A program made the translations under genes and the position numbers. Source: a bacterium (GTDB lineage: Bacteria > JAHJDO01). From it: 34,568 nucleotides of DNA. This document shows, piece after piece, positions 15,622 through 23,741 of the stretch; the stretch's first letter is position 1; each line of letters begins with the position of its first letter. The notes under the pieces are model-generated. The model was not told where the DNA came from, made no database searches, and was given only the letters and a program-made list of their open reading frames with translations. The stretch covers positions 1 through 34,568 of the forward strand of contig JBDRTG010000004.1 in NCBI GenBank assembly GCA_043824255.1, read 5' to 3'.

Positions 15622-16437
15622 ATGAAAGGATTATATCTCTATTGTATTAGAGAGAAAACCGAAGGTGTCGTAGCTTTTTCTGCCAAAGGTATTGACGGGA
15701 AGGGAAAGGTTTTTACTCTTCCTTATCGCGAATTAGAGGCAGTGGTAAGCAATATCTCTTTAGAAGAATTTGGGTCGAGTAAGATTCAGAAAAAGGCACA
15801 GGAAGATCCAATCTGGATTAAAGAGAAAGCGCTTGCTCATGAAGAAGTTATAGAAAAATCTATGAATAATAATAAAATTTTAGGTCTAATTCCGATGAGA
15901 TTCGGTATCATCTTTAAGAATAAAGCGAGATTAGAAGAAATCTTAGATAAAGACTATTCCAAAATTAAAGATTCTTTAGAAAAAATTAGAGGGAAACAGG
16001 AGTGGGGTGTGAAGGTATATCTGAAGGACAGGAAGAAATTCGAGCAAATGATAAAGGAGAAAAATAAAACAATAAAAGGAAAAGAGAAAGAAATAGCAGC
16101 TTTAGATGAGGGTATGGCCTTTTTTATGGAAGAAGAATTAAAAGAGGTTATTTCTAGAGAAGTAGAAAAAAACTTAGCGAACATTGCGGAAGTCTTTTTT
16201 AAGAGTTTGAAGAAGCACGCAGTAGAGTCGGTTGAAAATAAAATTTTGGGGAAAGAATTAACAGGAAGGCAGGAGCTTATGATCTTAAATACAGCCTATT
16301 TAGTTGCTAAGGAGAAAATCAGCGATTTTAAGAAGGAGGCTGATAATTTAAATCAAGGAATGCAAACAAAGGGATTCTATCTTGAATCCACTGGTCCCTG
16401 GCCTGCTTATAATTTTACCAAGTTAGAGATTAAATAA
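15622..16437 (+). CDS. gvpL: GvpL/GvpF-family gas vesicle protein (GvpL-like)
   Basis: GLYLYCI, AHEEVIE, LIPMRFGIIF, EWGVKVY, LNTAYLV, TGPWPAYNF. Confidence 0.88.
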   Translation: MKGLYLYCIREKTEGVVAFSAKGIDGKGKVFTLPYRELEAVVSNISLEEFGSSKIQKKAQEDPIWIKEKALAHEEVIEKSMNNNKILGLIPMRFGIIFKNKARLEEILDKDYSKIKDSLEKIRGKQEWGVKVYLKDRKKFEQMIKEKNKTIKGKEKEIAALDEGMAFFMEEELKEVISREVEKNLANIAEVFFKSLKKHAVESVENKILGKELTGRQELMILNTAYLVAKEKISDFKKEADNLNQGMQTKGFYLESTGPWPAYNFTKLEIK

Positions 16438-16444
16438 TAAGATT

Positions 16445-16999
16445 ATGGCTACTCTATTAAAGAACACGGCTATTGAAAAAAGCAATGTAACTCTGGTAGA
16501 TGTCCTGGATAAAGTTTTAGAGAAAGGGGCAGTTATAAACGGAGATATTGTCATAAGGGTAGCGGATGTTGATCTTGTGTTTTTAGGTTTAAGACTTATT
16601 CTCACCTCAGTTTCTAAGGCGGAGGAGCTTTCTGGCAAGAATTTCAGTGACCGAGAGAAGGAAGCTACCCCGGAAGATATAGCGTATATGCAAAAATTGC
16701 AAAGAGAGATAAGAAGGGCCGAAGAAAATATTCCTAAACTAATTGATGTTAGTGATCCAAAAAAGACAGAGCAGGGCTTAGCCAAGTTGGTTTTGACCCT
16801 GGTTGAATTGATAAGAAGATTGATGGAGAAGGAGGCTTTTCGAAGAGTAAAGAGAGGCACGCTTTCCCCTACAGAGGTTCAAAAATTGGGATTGAGCCTT
16901 AAAGCAGTAAAGAAAAAGATAAAAGAGATTCAGGCAATCTTTGGTATTGAAGATGAAGAATTAAATTTGGATTTGGGTCCTTTAGGAAATTTAATGTGA
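16445..16999 (+). CDS. gvpK: Fusion of a GvpS/GvpJ-type (GvpA family) domain with GvpK
   Basis: N-terminal LVDVLDKVLEKGAVINGDIVIRVADVDLVFLGLRLILTSV; C-terminal GLAKLVLTLVELIRRLMEKEAFRRV...LNLDLGPLGNLM. Confidence 0.88.
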   Translation: MATLLKNTAIEKSNVTLVDVLDKVLEKGAVINGDIVIRVADVDLVFLGLRLILTSVSKAEELSGKNFSDREKEATPEDIAYMQKLQREIRRAEENIPKLIDVSDPKKTEQGLAKLVLTLVELIRRLMEKEAFRRVKRGTLSPTEVQKLGLSLKAVKKKIKEIQAIFGIEDEELNLDLGPLGNLM

Positions 17000-17017
17000 A
17001 AAAAGGAGGGATAAACG

Positions 17018-17323
17018 ATGGCTGACTCACGAGTAGGAAGTGCACTTAATACTACCAATTTAGCTGACATCTTAGAGAGGGTTCTGGATAAAGGAATTGT
17101 TATTGCCGGGGATATTAAGATTCAAATTGCCGATATCGACCTTCTCACCATCAAGATAAGACTTATGATTGCTTCAGTGGATAAGGCTAAGGAGATGGGG
17201 ATAAATTGGTGGGAGCAAGATTCTTATTTATCTACAAAAGCAAAGGATGCAGAAATCGAAAAGGAGAAAGCAGCATTGCAGAAGAGATTAGAGCAGTTGG
17301 AAAAAAAGATCAAAGTCAAATAG
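17018..17323 (+). CDS. gvpJ: Gas vesicle protein GvpJ
   Basis: LADILERVLDKGIVIAGDI....ADIDLLTIKIRLMIASVDKAKEMGINWW; SD AGGAGG upstream. Confidence 0.93.
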   Translation: MADSRVGSALNTTNLADILERVLDKGIVIAGDIKIQIADIDLLTIKIRLMIASVDKAKEMGINWWEQDSYLSTKAKDAEIEKEKAALQKRLEQLEKKIKVK

Positions 17324-17341
17324 CAGAATCAGCATTTTATT

Positions 17342-18019
17342 ATGAAAACGTTAATTTATGTTCCAATCATACATATGAGTGCAGACTTAGGTAGTATTGC
17401 CAAGCAGGTAAACAAAAGAGGTATTGCAGATTTTGGAGAGGAATTCTGGAAGAAACACAGAGAGACTGTGTCTGGCTTTTGGGATTCGATTGTAAAATAT
17501 TTTGCCAATTTAGAGGTTAAAGATTTTAAAATATACCAGGATGGCTTAGTAGCTGATGGAGAAGTTGGCCAAAAAATAGTGGAGGAAGGCGTTAAATCTG
17601 GTAGTAAAAATTATTCAGTTATCAATAATTTATTGAAGAAAGGTGCCGTTTTGGTTCAAACGGAGGATTTCCCTCTGGTTAAAAAAGAAAGAGATCGTAT
17701 TGTTGAAATTACCCAGGCTAAGACGATGACAATGAAGTTAATAGCTTATTTAAGGTATAGATTGACTAAGGATTGGTTACTAAAGAAAAGAGATAATTAT
17801 ATAACTAAAAGGATAGATGAAACCTTAGAACATGGAGAAAAAGGTATCCTCTTTTTAGGTGCATATCACAACATAATACCTGAACTCTCCAAAAAAATTC
17901 AGATAACTGAGGTGAAAGAAGCAAAGAAGGTAAAGGATTATCAAAGATTGCTTCTCTCATTTAAAAAGAATAAAGAAGAATTTGAAGAGTTAGCAAGATA
18001 TTTAATCTCACCAATATAA
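17342..18019 (+). CDS. Hypothetical protein closing the gvp operon (possible TraB/Tiki-like fold)
   Basis: 225-aa ORF 18 bp after gvpJ; motifs PIIH, YQDG, RDNYI, LFLGAYH; the fold assignment is inference. Confidence 0.7.
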   Translation: MKTLIYVPIIHMSADLGSIAKQVNKRGIADFGEEFWKKHRETVSGFWDSIVKYFANLEVKDFKIYQDGLVADGEVGQKIVEEGVKSGSKNYSVINNLLKKGAVLVQTEDFPLVKKERDRIVEITQAKTMTMKLIAYLRYRLTKDWLLKKRDNYITKRIDETLEHGEKGILFLGAYHNIIPELSKKIQITEVKEAKKVKDYQRLLLSFKKNKEEFEELARYLISPI

Positions 18020-18027
18020 AAGAACCC

Positions 18028-18147
18028 TTTACTGCTTTTTTCTCTTTCATCGTTAATCCCATAGACCATCTCCTGTTTTAATCTTTTCCCCGCCTTTATA
18101 TCAGGGTCTATAACCTAAATTTTTGTGTAGATTTTTACCTGATGCAA
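18028..18147 (-). mobile_element. Probable truncated left end of an integrase-type (ISNCY/IS481-like) insertion sequence
   Basis: Minus strand: SD AGGAG (18070-18074), ATG 18062, MGLTMKEKKAV, which resembles a transposase N-terminus from recall; candidate terminal repeat GTAGATTTTTACCTGATGCAA at 18127-18147. Confidence 0.5.
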
Positions 18148-18156
18148 TGATATAAT
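18128..18156 (+). promoter_or_regulatory. sigma70-type promoter upstream of tRNA-Ala
   Basis: Extended -10 TGaTATAAT (18148-18156); weak -35 TAGATT at 17-bp spacing. Confidence 0.6.
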
Positions 18157-18187
18157 TCCCTGTTAACTAAAATCCGTGGTACTATAA

Positions 18188-18260
<73 letters not shown>

Positions 18261-18290
18261 CAAACTTATCATAACTTTATGGGAGAATGT

Positions 18291-18647
18291 ATGGCAAAAC
18301 ACAAAGTTTTTAAAATACATGATAAATTGCATGTTACTATAACAAGTAAACAAACAGAATTAACACCTAAACTTAGGGATTATATTCAGCAGAAAACTTC
18401 AAAATTAACAAAATACTTCTCTCATATATCTGACATACATATTATTATAAGCGAAGAAAAATATGGACATGTTATAGAAGTTAATGCATTAACTAATGGA
18501 ATAACAATGCCGGGCAAAGCAAAGCATACAGATGTTCATACAGCGTTTGATAAAGCACTTGCTAAGGTCAAAAACCAAATCAGAAGATATAAGGACAAAA
18601 TCGTAACTCATACATCTAAGCAAGAAAAGACAGGGAGTGTTTCCTGA
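18291..18647 (+). CDS. hpf: Ribosome hibernation promoting factor (short HPF/RaiA)
   Basis: ITSKQTELTPKLRDYIQQKTSKLTKYF...DVHTAFDKALAKVKNQIRRYKDK; ATG 18291 after GGAG (ORF track start 18279). Confidence 0.9.
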   Translation: MAKHKVFKIHDKLHVTITSKQTELTPKLRDYIQQKTSKLTKYFSHISDIHIIISEEKYGHVIEVNALTNGITMPGKAKHTDVHTAFDKALAKVKNQIRRYKDKIVTHTSKQEKTGSVS

Positions 18648-19137
18648 TAAAAAGGGATATAAGGTGAGACTAACTGATTTTATTAATAAAGATGCGGTTT
18701 GTATAGATTTGAAATCAAATGATAAAACAGCTGTGCTTTATGAACTGGTTGATATTCTCCTGAAATCTGGAGGAATTAAAAATAGTAATAGTAATAGAGA
18801 AAAATTGTTTAACATTCTATGTGAGAGAGAGAAACTCGGCAGCACAGGAATTGCTAATGGAGCGGCTATCCCGCATGGAAAATCTGATTTGGTAAAAAGC
18901 ATAACCATTGCTATTGGTATTTCTCCTAATGGAGTTGATTTTGATTCTATTGACGGGCAAAAGACATGTATATTCGCTCTTTTAATTGCGCCTCCTAGCT
19001 CTGCAGCTCCTCATTTAAGAGCACTGGCCAGAATAGCCCGTCTTTTTAAAAATAAGACTTTCAGGGATGTTTTGATAAATGCTAAATCTCCAGAAGACGT
19101 AATAAGACTAATTGCAACGGAAGAGAAAACTCTTTGA
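18637..19137 (+). CDS. ptsN: PTS EIIA (Ntr/fructose-mannitol type)
   Basis: EREKLGSTGIANGAAIPHGK, GVDFDSIDG, HLRALARIARL; follows hpf. Confidence 0.9.
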   Translation: MFPDKKGYKVRLTDFINKDAVCIDLKSNDKTAVLYELVDILLKSGGIKNSNSNREKLFNILCEREKLGSTGIANGAAIPHGKSDLVKSITIAIGISPNGVDFDSIDGQKTCIFALLIAPPSSAAPHLRALARIARLFKNKTFRDVLINAKSPEDVIRLIATEEKTL

Positions 19138-19144
19138 GGGGCCA

Positions 19145-19696
19145 ATGATAAAAGCGGCAGTTAAGACAGAAAAAAGAACAATGACTCATGGAGTTTTATT
19201 GGATGTGCATGGATCCGGTGTGTTAATTACAGGTAAAAGCGGTGTGGGAAAAAGTGAAGCAGCACTTGATCTGATTACAAGAGGACAGCGGTTGGTTGCA
19301 GATGACGTTGTTAATATTAAATTAGTCGCAGAGAAATTTCTGATGGGCTCCGGGTCTGAACTCACTAAACATAAGATGGAGATCAGAGGTCTGGGCATTA
19401 TAGACGTTTGCGCTATCTTTGGAATAGGAAGCATAAGAAATCGTAAAAGGATAGAATTGGTGATAAAACTTGAACACTGGGACAGCAGCAAGGAATATGA
19501 AAGATTGGGGCTGGAAGAAAAAATGCGCTGTATATTGGGAATAGGCATTCCAATGATAATTATTCCTGTGAGGCCTGGACGTAATATTGCAACAATTATT
19601 GAAGTTGCTACGAAAAATCACAGATTAAGAAGAATGGGGGCTTTTGCAGCAAGAGAGCTGGATGAAGAATTAATTAATATGTCAAAAAATAAATAG
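19145..19696 (+). CDS. hprK: HPr kinase/phosphorylase, catalytic domain only (183 aa)
   Basis: HGVLLDVHGSGVLITGKSGVGKSE.ALDL, LVADD, MEIRGLGIID, PVRPGRN; ATG 19145 after GAGGG (ORF track start 19112). Confidence 0.92.
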   Translation: MIKAAVKTEKRTMTHGVLLDVHGSGVLITGKSGVGKSEAALDLITRGQRLVADDVVNIKLVAEKFLMGSGSELTKHKMEIRGLGIIDVCAIFGIGSIRNRKRIELVIKLEHWDSSKEYERLGLEEKMRCILGIGIPMIIIPVRPGRNIATIIEVATKNHRLRRMGAFAARELDEELINMSKNK

Positions 19697-19719
19697 TAAA
19701 TTAAGAGAGGAAAAGGTAT

Positions 19720-20481
19720 ATGCGTAAGCCGTTAATAGCTGGGAATTGGAAAATGAATAAAACTGTGAGCGAAGCAGTAGATTTTGCAAACAACTTAAAG
19801 TCAGCATTAAGGGATCTGCAATATGTTGGAATTGTTATATGTCCTGCTTTCGTTGCTTTAAGTGAAGTTAGTAAAATACTGGAAGGAAGCAGCGTAAAGT
19901 TGGGTGCTCAGAATATGTATATGCAGGAGAATGGCGCATATACAGGAGAAATATCGCCTCTAATGTTAAAGGAACTAGGTTGCAGGTATGTTATAATAGG
20001 GCATTCCGAAAGGAGAGAATATTTTAAGGAAGATAATAAATTAATTAATGCTAAGATAAAGTTGGCCTTAAAATACCAGTTGCGTCCAATTTTGTGCGTT
20101 GGCGAAACTCTCTCAGAATACCAAAACAATCAAACTATTGATATTGTAAAAACAGAAATTAGAGAGGGTTTAGCTGGTATAAATAAGGAGCAAATGAGTC
20201 AAGTAGCTATTGCATATGAGCCGATTTGGGCTATTGGAACAGGGAAAACCGCTACTCCAGATGATGCTAATAGAGTTCATAAGATTATAAGAAAGATTAT
20301 ATCAGAGATGTTTGATGCTAAAACTGGCGAAAAAACGAGAATACAGTATGGCGGCAGTGTAAAACCAGATAATATAAGCGCTTTGATGGAAAAATCCGAC
20401 ATAGACGGGGCTTTAGTAGGTGGAGCAAGTTTGTCTGCAGAATCATTTATAAGAATAGTCAATTATGATAAAAAAGACTGA
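19720..20481 (+). CDS. tpiA: Triosephosphate isomerase
   Basis: IAGNWKMN, GAYTGEIS, IGHSERR, AYEPIWAIGTG, YGGSVKP, LVGGASL. Confidence 0.98.
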   Translation: MRKPLIAGNWKMNKTVSEAVDFANNLKSALRDLQYVGIVICPAFVALSEVSKILEGSSVKLGAQNMYMQENGAYTGEISPLMLKELGCRYVIIGHSERREYFKEDNKLINAKIKLALKYQLRPILCVGETLSEYQNNQTIDIVKTEIREGLAGINKEQMSQVAIAYEPIWAIGTGKTATPDDANRVHKIIRKIISEMFDAKTGEKTRIQYGGSVKPDNISALMEKSDIDGALVGGASLSAESFIRIVNYDKKD

Positions 20482-20746
20482 TATAAAAAGAATAGTTGTT
20501 ATAAAGAATACGCTTGGTTTGCATGCAAGACCAGCGGCTTTATTTGTTCAACTTGCTAATAAATTTCAATCAGAGATTTTTGTAGAGAAAAAAGAGCAAA
20601 AAGTAAATGGGAAAAGCATCATGGGAATAATGACATTGGCTGCTGGCAAAGGGCAGAAAATAACTATAACAGCAGACGGAAATGATGCTGAAGAAGCTGT
20701 AAAGGCCTTAGAAAAATTACTTAAAGATAAATTTGGAGAGGAGTAA
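20465..20746 (+). CDS. ptsH: Phosphocarrier protein HPr
   Basis: GLHARPA (His15) and NGKSIMG (Ser46). Confidence 0.96.
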   Translation: MIKKTDIKRIVVIKNTLGLHARPAALFVQLANKFQSEIFVEKKEQKVNGKSIMGIMTLAAGKGQKITITADGNDAEEAVKALEKLLKDKFGEE

Positions 20747-20752
20747 ACTAGA

Positions 20753-22501
20753 TTGTTAAATGGAATTCCTGTATCACCCGGCATAGTAATTGGTAAAGTC
20801 CTGTTATTGGACAGTCGAATATCTGCTGTGCCCAAGTATAAGATTAACAAAGATGAAATAGTAAAAGAAATAATCCGCTTTACAAGAGCGCTTAGCAAAG
20901 CTAAAAGGGAGCTTACAGAGATTCAGAGAAAATTTGTTGACAAGGTTGGAGAAACGCACGCCGCTATCTTTGATGCGCATTTGTTAATTCTAGAGGATTC
21001 ATCACTAATAGAAAAAACTATAGAACAAGTAAGAAATGAACAGTTTAATGTGGAGTTTGTATTTTCACAGGTACTGGAGAAGGTAATTAAAAAGTTTTCT
21101 GATATTAATGATGAATACATGGGGGAACGTGTAGCTGATATAAACGACGTTGGCAGACGCGTTCTCAAAAATCTTTTAGTCAGGAAGCATATGGATTTGT
21201 CTAATTTAAAAGAAAGGGTTGTGCTCGTAAGCCATGATCTTTCTCCATCAGACACTGCCCAAATGAATAAGAATAAAGTCATAGGCTTTGCGACTGAAAT
21301 AGGCGGGCGAACTTCGCATACAGCAATCATGGCAAGAACGTTAGAGATTCCTGCTGTTGTAGGAGTAGAAAGCATTACTCAAAAAGTGATTACAGGGGAC
21401 ACTATTATTATAGATGGGGTTAAGGGAATAGCAATAGTAAATCCTTCTCCGTTTATTCTTAAGAAATATTTGAAGAAGCGGGCAGAAATTAAGTCATTAG
21501 AAAGAAAGCTCTCAAGACTTAGATACGTACGCGCAGATACGCTTGATGGGCAGAAAATTTTGCTGGCGGCAAATATAGAATCACGAGACGAAGTCCATTC
21601 AATAATAACACATGGCGCAAACGGAATAGGACTTTATAGAACAGAATTTCTCTACTTAAAGAGAAACACTATGCCTAGCGAAGAAGAGCAGTTTAACGCT
21701 TATAGGTATGTTGCTCAAAAAATTAATCCGCAGAATGTGGTTATAAGAACTCTTGATCTGGGAGGAGATAAGTTTATATCAGAGTTAGGAATGCCAAAAG
21801 AAATGAATCCCCTTTTAGGTTTGAGGGCTATTAGATTTTGTTTGAAACGGCCGGATATATTCAAGCCTCAGTTACGGGCTATTCTAAGAGCAAGCCATTA
21901 CGGTAATGTGTCAATGATGTTCCCCATGATATCAGGATTGTCAGAACTAAGAGAGGCAAAAGTGCTTGTTGAGGGGGTAAAAAAGGAACTGGATAGGGAA
22001 AATCTTCCTTACGACAGGAATATTAAGGTTGGCGCTATGATAGAGGTGCCTTCCGCGGCATTAATAGCTGATATATTGGCGAAGGAAGCAGATTTCTTTA
22101 GCATAGGAACTAATGACTTAATTCAGTATTCTTTTGCGCTAGACAGAGTTAACGAAAAAATCTCCTATCTCTATAGACCTAATCATCCGGCAGTTTATCG
22201 TTTGATCAAAATGATTATAGACGCTGCGAATAAGGCTGATATTCCTGTCACTATATGTGGAGAGATGGCAGGAGTGCCAGCATCTGTATTGGCTTTATTG
22301 GGATTGGGATTGTTTCGTTTCAGTATGGCCTCTGTAATAATTCCTGAAATTAAAAAGCTGATTCGCCACGTAAACACTGATGATGCAAAAAAAGTTGCCA
22401 AACATATTCTCGAATTATCAACAGGTAGGGAAGTAGACAGGTATCTGAGATCTAAGATTAAAAAGATTATCTCAAGGGCTGAAATTGAGATATATGGCTA
22501 A
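20753..22501 (+). CDS. ptsI: PTS enzyme I (PEP-protein phosphotransferase)
   Basis: GGRTSHTAIMAR, GIGLYRTEF, RTLDLGGDK, NPLLGLRAIR, SIGTNDLIQY, CGEMAG; no N-terminal GAF domain. Confidence 0.97.
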   Translation: MLNGIPVSPGIVIGKVLLLDSRISAVPKYKINKDEIVKEIIRFTRALSKAKRELTEIQRKFVDKVGETHAAIFDAHLLILEDSSLIEKTIEQVRNEQFNVEFVFSQVLEKVIKKFSDINDEYMGERVADINDVGRRVLKNLLVRKHMDLSNLKERVVLVSHDLSPSDTAQMNKNKVIGFATEIGGRTSHTAIMARTLEIPAVVGVESITQKVITGDTIIIDGVKGIAIVNPSPFILKKYLKKRAEIKSLERKLSRLRYVRADTLDGQKILLAANIESRDEVHSIITHGANGIGLYRTEFLYLKRNTMPSEEEQFNAYRYVAQKINPQNVVIRTLDLGGDKFISELGMPKEMNPLLGLRAIRFCLKRPDIFKPQLRAILRASHYGNVSMMFPMISGLSELREAKVLVEGVKKELDRENLPYDRNIKVGAMIEVPSAALIADILAKEADFFSIGTNDLIQYSFALDRVNEKISYLYRPNHPAVYRLIKMIIDAANKADIPVTICGEMAGVPASVLALLGLGLFRFSMASVIIPEIKKLIRHVNTDDAKKVAKHILELSTGREVDRYLRSKIKKIISRAEIEIYG

Positions 22502-22508
22502 CTATTAT

Positions 22509-22620
22509 AAATTCGAAGCACGAAGCACTAAATACGAAACAATATCAAATGACCAAAATATAAATGTTCAAAACAAGGTTTTGAATTTTAAATTTGTTTC
22601 GAGTTTCGATATTCGGATTT
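22509..22620. repeat. Intergenic imperfect inverted repeat with 7-nt periodic arms (MITE-like or empty four-helix-bundle-type element)
   Basis: Centre TTCAAAAC-AAG-GTTTTGAA (22567-22585); CGAAACAA (22535-22542) pairs with TTGTTTCG (22594-22601); outer AAATTCGAA with TTCGGATTT. Confidence 0.75.
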
Positions 22621-22666
22621 GTTATATAACGGAGTTCTATAAACAAAGAGAGGGAGGGGGTTTTTT

Positions 22667-23725
22667 ATGGATGTTTTGGATAACTTAGAGTCAATAAAGA
22701 AAATAGATGTATCTAATATGTTTGATTTGATATTGAATTTTGACTCTCAGTGCGAGCGAGCTGTTTCTGCTGCCCGGTCTTGTGATATTCCTCGGGAATA
22801 TTCACAGGTTGAGAAAATTATAGTCATAGGTATGGGAGGTTCAGCAATTGGTGGAGATATCTTATCAAAACTTCTCATAGATGAAATAAAAGTTCCAGTA
22901 TTTGTTAACCGCAATTATCATTTGCCCAATTTTGCAGATAAGAAAACTCTTGTATTTGCTACAAGTTATTCAGGTAACACTGAAGAGACACTTTCGTCTT
23001 ACAACGATGCGAAGGGACGTGGTTGCAGGATAATTTGTGTAACAAGTGGGGGGAAACTAGCTGATAATGCAGAGTCTGACAGTCTTCCACTCATAAAAAT
23101 ACCCGGTGGTCAGCCTCCGAGAAGTGCGTTAGGATACATGTTTCTTCCTGTATTAATAGTTATGCAAAGTCTAGGACTTACTACTTCAAAGATGGAAGAT
23201 ATAAATGAAGCTATAAGTATTTTGAAGAGGTTTAAAACTGTGTGGGGAAATGAATCCTCTGATTCAAACATGGCAAAGAAACTTGCAAAGATATTATACA
23301 ATAAGTTTCCCCTGATCTATTCTGTAGACGGCTGTCTTGGGCCGGTAGCTCTAAGATGGAAAACACAGTTAAATGAAAACAGTAAGATTCTGGCATACAA
23401 TAATGTTTTCCCTGAGCTGGATCATAATGAAATAGTTGGCTGGGAAGGGCTGGATAATTTAACAAAGAGTATGTCAGTAATAATACTCAGAGATAAAGAC
23501 GATTTTGAGAGAAATTCAAAGCGTATTGCTATAACAAGCTCAATCATAAAAGACAAACCAAGTGAAATTACTGAAATCTGGACAGAGGGTAGTTCCGTAT
23601 TAGCCAGAATGTTTTCACTCATTTATCTTGGAGATTTTGTGAGTTTTTATCTTGCAATATTGTATGGAGTTGATCCAACACCTGTTGAGAGGATAGAGAT
23701 ATTAAAGAAAAAACTAGTGGAATAG
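22667..23725 (+). CDS. Bifunctional phosphoglucose/phosphomannose isomerase (PGI/PMI)
   Basis: SIS domain [46 protein letters not shown]. Confidence 0.93.
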   Translation: MDVLDNLESIKKIDVSNMFDLILNFDSQCERAVSAARSCDIPREYSQVEKIIVIGMGGSAIGGDILSKLLIDEIKVPVFVNRNYHLPNFADKKTLVFATSYSGNTEETLSSYNDAKGRGCRIICVTSGGKLADNAESDSLPLIKIPGGQPPRSALGYMFLPVLIVMQSLGLTTSKMEDINEAISILKRFKTVWGNESSDSNMAKKLAKILYNKFPLIYSVDGCLGPVALRWKTQLNENSKILAYNNVFPELDHNEIVGWEGLDNLTKSMSVIILRDKDDFERNSKRIAITSSIIKDKPSEITEIWTEGSSVLARMFSLIYLGDFVSFYLAILYGVDPTPVERIEILKKKLVE

Positions 23726-23741
23726 CAAAAGGAGAAATCAG

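Noticed and set aside
22485..22688. 67-aa ORF between ptsI and pgi/pmi
   Set aside because: It is a translation of the palindromic repeat, overlaps both neighbours and has no recognisable motif
23726..23741. SAM or SAH riboswitch ahead of metK/ahcY
   Set aside because: The intergenic gaps are only 16 and 23 bp, too short for such an element
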